From: Acidimicrobiia bacterium
GTDB lineage: Bacteria; Actinomycetota; Acidimicrobiia; IMCC26256; DASPTH01
Assembly: GCA_036271015.1 (NCBI GenBank)
Contig: DATBBL010000273.1
Location: 1-59,916 of the forward strand
Direction: 5' to 3'
Length of the DNA: 59,916 nucleotides
Part shown: piece by piece, positions 59,756 through 59,916 of the stretch
How the letters are laid out: every line of letters begins with the position of its first letter
Numbering within the stretch: position 1 is the first letter of the stretch
Made by a program: the position numbers and the translations under genes
Notes under the pieces: generated by a model
Databases searched by the model: none
Seen by the model: only the letters and a program-made list of their open reading frames with translations
Told to the model about the DNA's origin: nothing

Positions 59756-59916
59756 GGGGAGACCTCCGAGGTTTCCAGCGAGTCGGCTGCTCGCTCGTCG
59801 GACGAGCCGGACACGGTCGTGTGCCCGGTGAGGGCGAGGAACACGTCGTCGAGCGACGGCCGACGCAGGGTGATGTCGACCAGCTTGATGCCGGCCTCGT
59901 CGAGGCGGCGCACCAC
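59752..59916 (-). CDS. ABC transporter ATP-binding protein (DrrA-like), C-terminal fragment; 5' end lies outside the window
   Basis: Minus-strand translation VVRRLDEAGIKLVDITLRRPSLDDVFLALTGHTTVSGSSDERAADSLETSEVSP*. SLDDVFLALTG is the usual C-terminal motif of DrrA-type ATPases. Confidence 0.8.
   Translation of the reverse strand: MVRRLDEAGIKLVDITLRRPSLDDVFLALTGHTTVSGSSDERAADSLETSEVSP

Noticed and set aside
1-59916. CRISPR arrays, tandem or interspersed repeats, IS elements, prophage or integrase genes, tRNA/rRNA genes, and toxin-antitoxin or known defence systems.
   Set aside because: - Reading both strands found no repeat-spacer periodicity.
- There are no transposase, integrase or recombinase-like translations.
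- There are no tRNA-like cloverleaf candidates in the short intergenic gaps (all 128 bp or less).
- The only TA-like layout (116-aa plus 60-aa ORFs) is reported as a speculative finding instead.

Overview
High-GC, densely coding chromosomal segment of actinobacterial type. I found no rRNA, tRNA, CRISPR array, transposase, integrase or recognisable defence genes. All functional calls come from reading the ORF translations for family motifs; no database search was possible. Stop coordinates are firm. Start codons are inferred from 4-nt stop/start overlaps, Shine-Dalgarno-like purine runs and where the conserved domains begin.

(1) Positions 1-50.2 kb form one very large acyl-CoA/lipid catabolic supercluster:
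- 6 crotonase-fold enzymes and 5 adenylate-forming CoA ligases.
- 5 ACAD genes carrying 6 ACAD domains, including a split beta/alpha pair and a beta-alpha fusion.
- 5 SDRs and 2 LLM (luciferase-like) oxidoreductases.
- 3 family-III CoA-transferase domains, two of them fused in tandem.
- 3 Amidohydro_2 paralogues plus a D-aminoacylase-like hydrolase.
- 2 hotdog thioesterases and a MaoC hydratase.
- A cysteine-less thiolase-like protein paired with a DUF35 partner.
- A P450, plus a ferredoxin fragment at the window edge.
- An APH-fold kinase, and cyclase, MBL and alpha/beta hydrolases.
- DUF2889 and one unassignable protein.
- Only one regulator (TetR).
- A HAD-LPLAT fusion plus a GPAT pair at the 5' edge.

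The gene content resembles mycobacterial steroid side-chain (igr-type) catabolism, but no ring-opening or uptake genes are visible.

(2) Positions 50.2-59.9 kb are a minus-strand housekeeping array: methyltransferase-mec-[2 extra ORFs]-cysO-cysM-sua5/tsaC-murI-MBL-rph-rdgB-[2 unknown ORFs]. It is syntenic with M. tuberculosis Rv1334-Rv1341. smpB and the end of an ABC-2 exporter follow.

Most noteworthy observations:
- A metal-ligand-less RadC/JAB-like ORF and a 60-aa ORF are inserted between the active JAMM protease Mec and its ubiquitin-like substrate CysO. They come with a CRP-like site and a 16-bp palindrome.
- An orphan APH-fold kinase sits among ACADs, SDRs and ligases, which suggests Lva/ACAD10-11-like chemistry.
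- There are fused beta-alpha ACAD and tandem CoA-transferase proteins.
- Two uncharacterised proteins (an acidic 185-aa one and a Cys4 109-aa one with a polybasic tail) are separated by a highly structured spacer.
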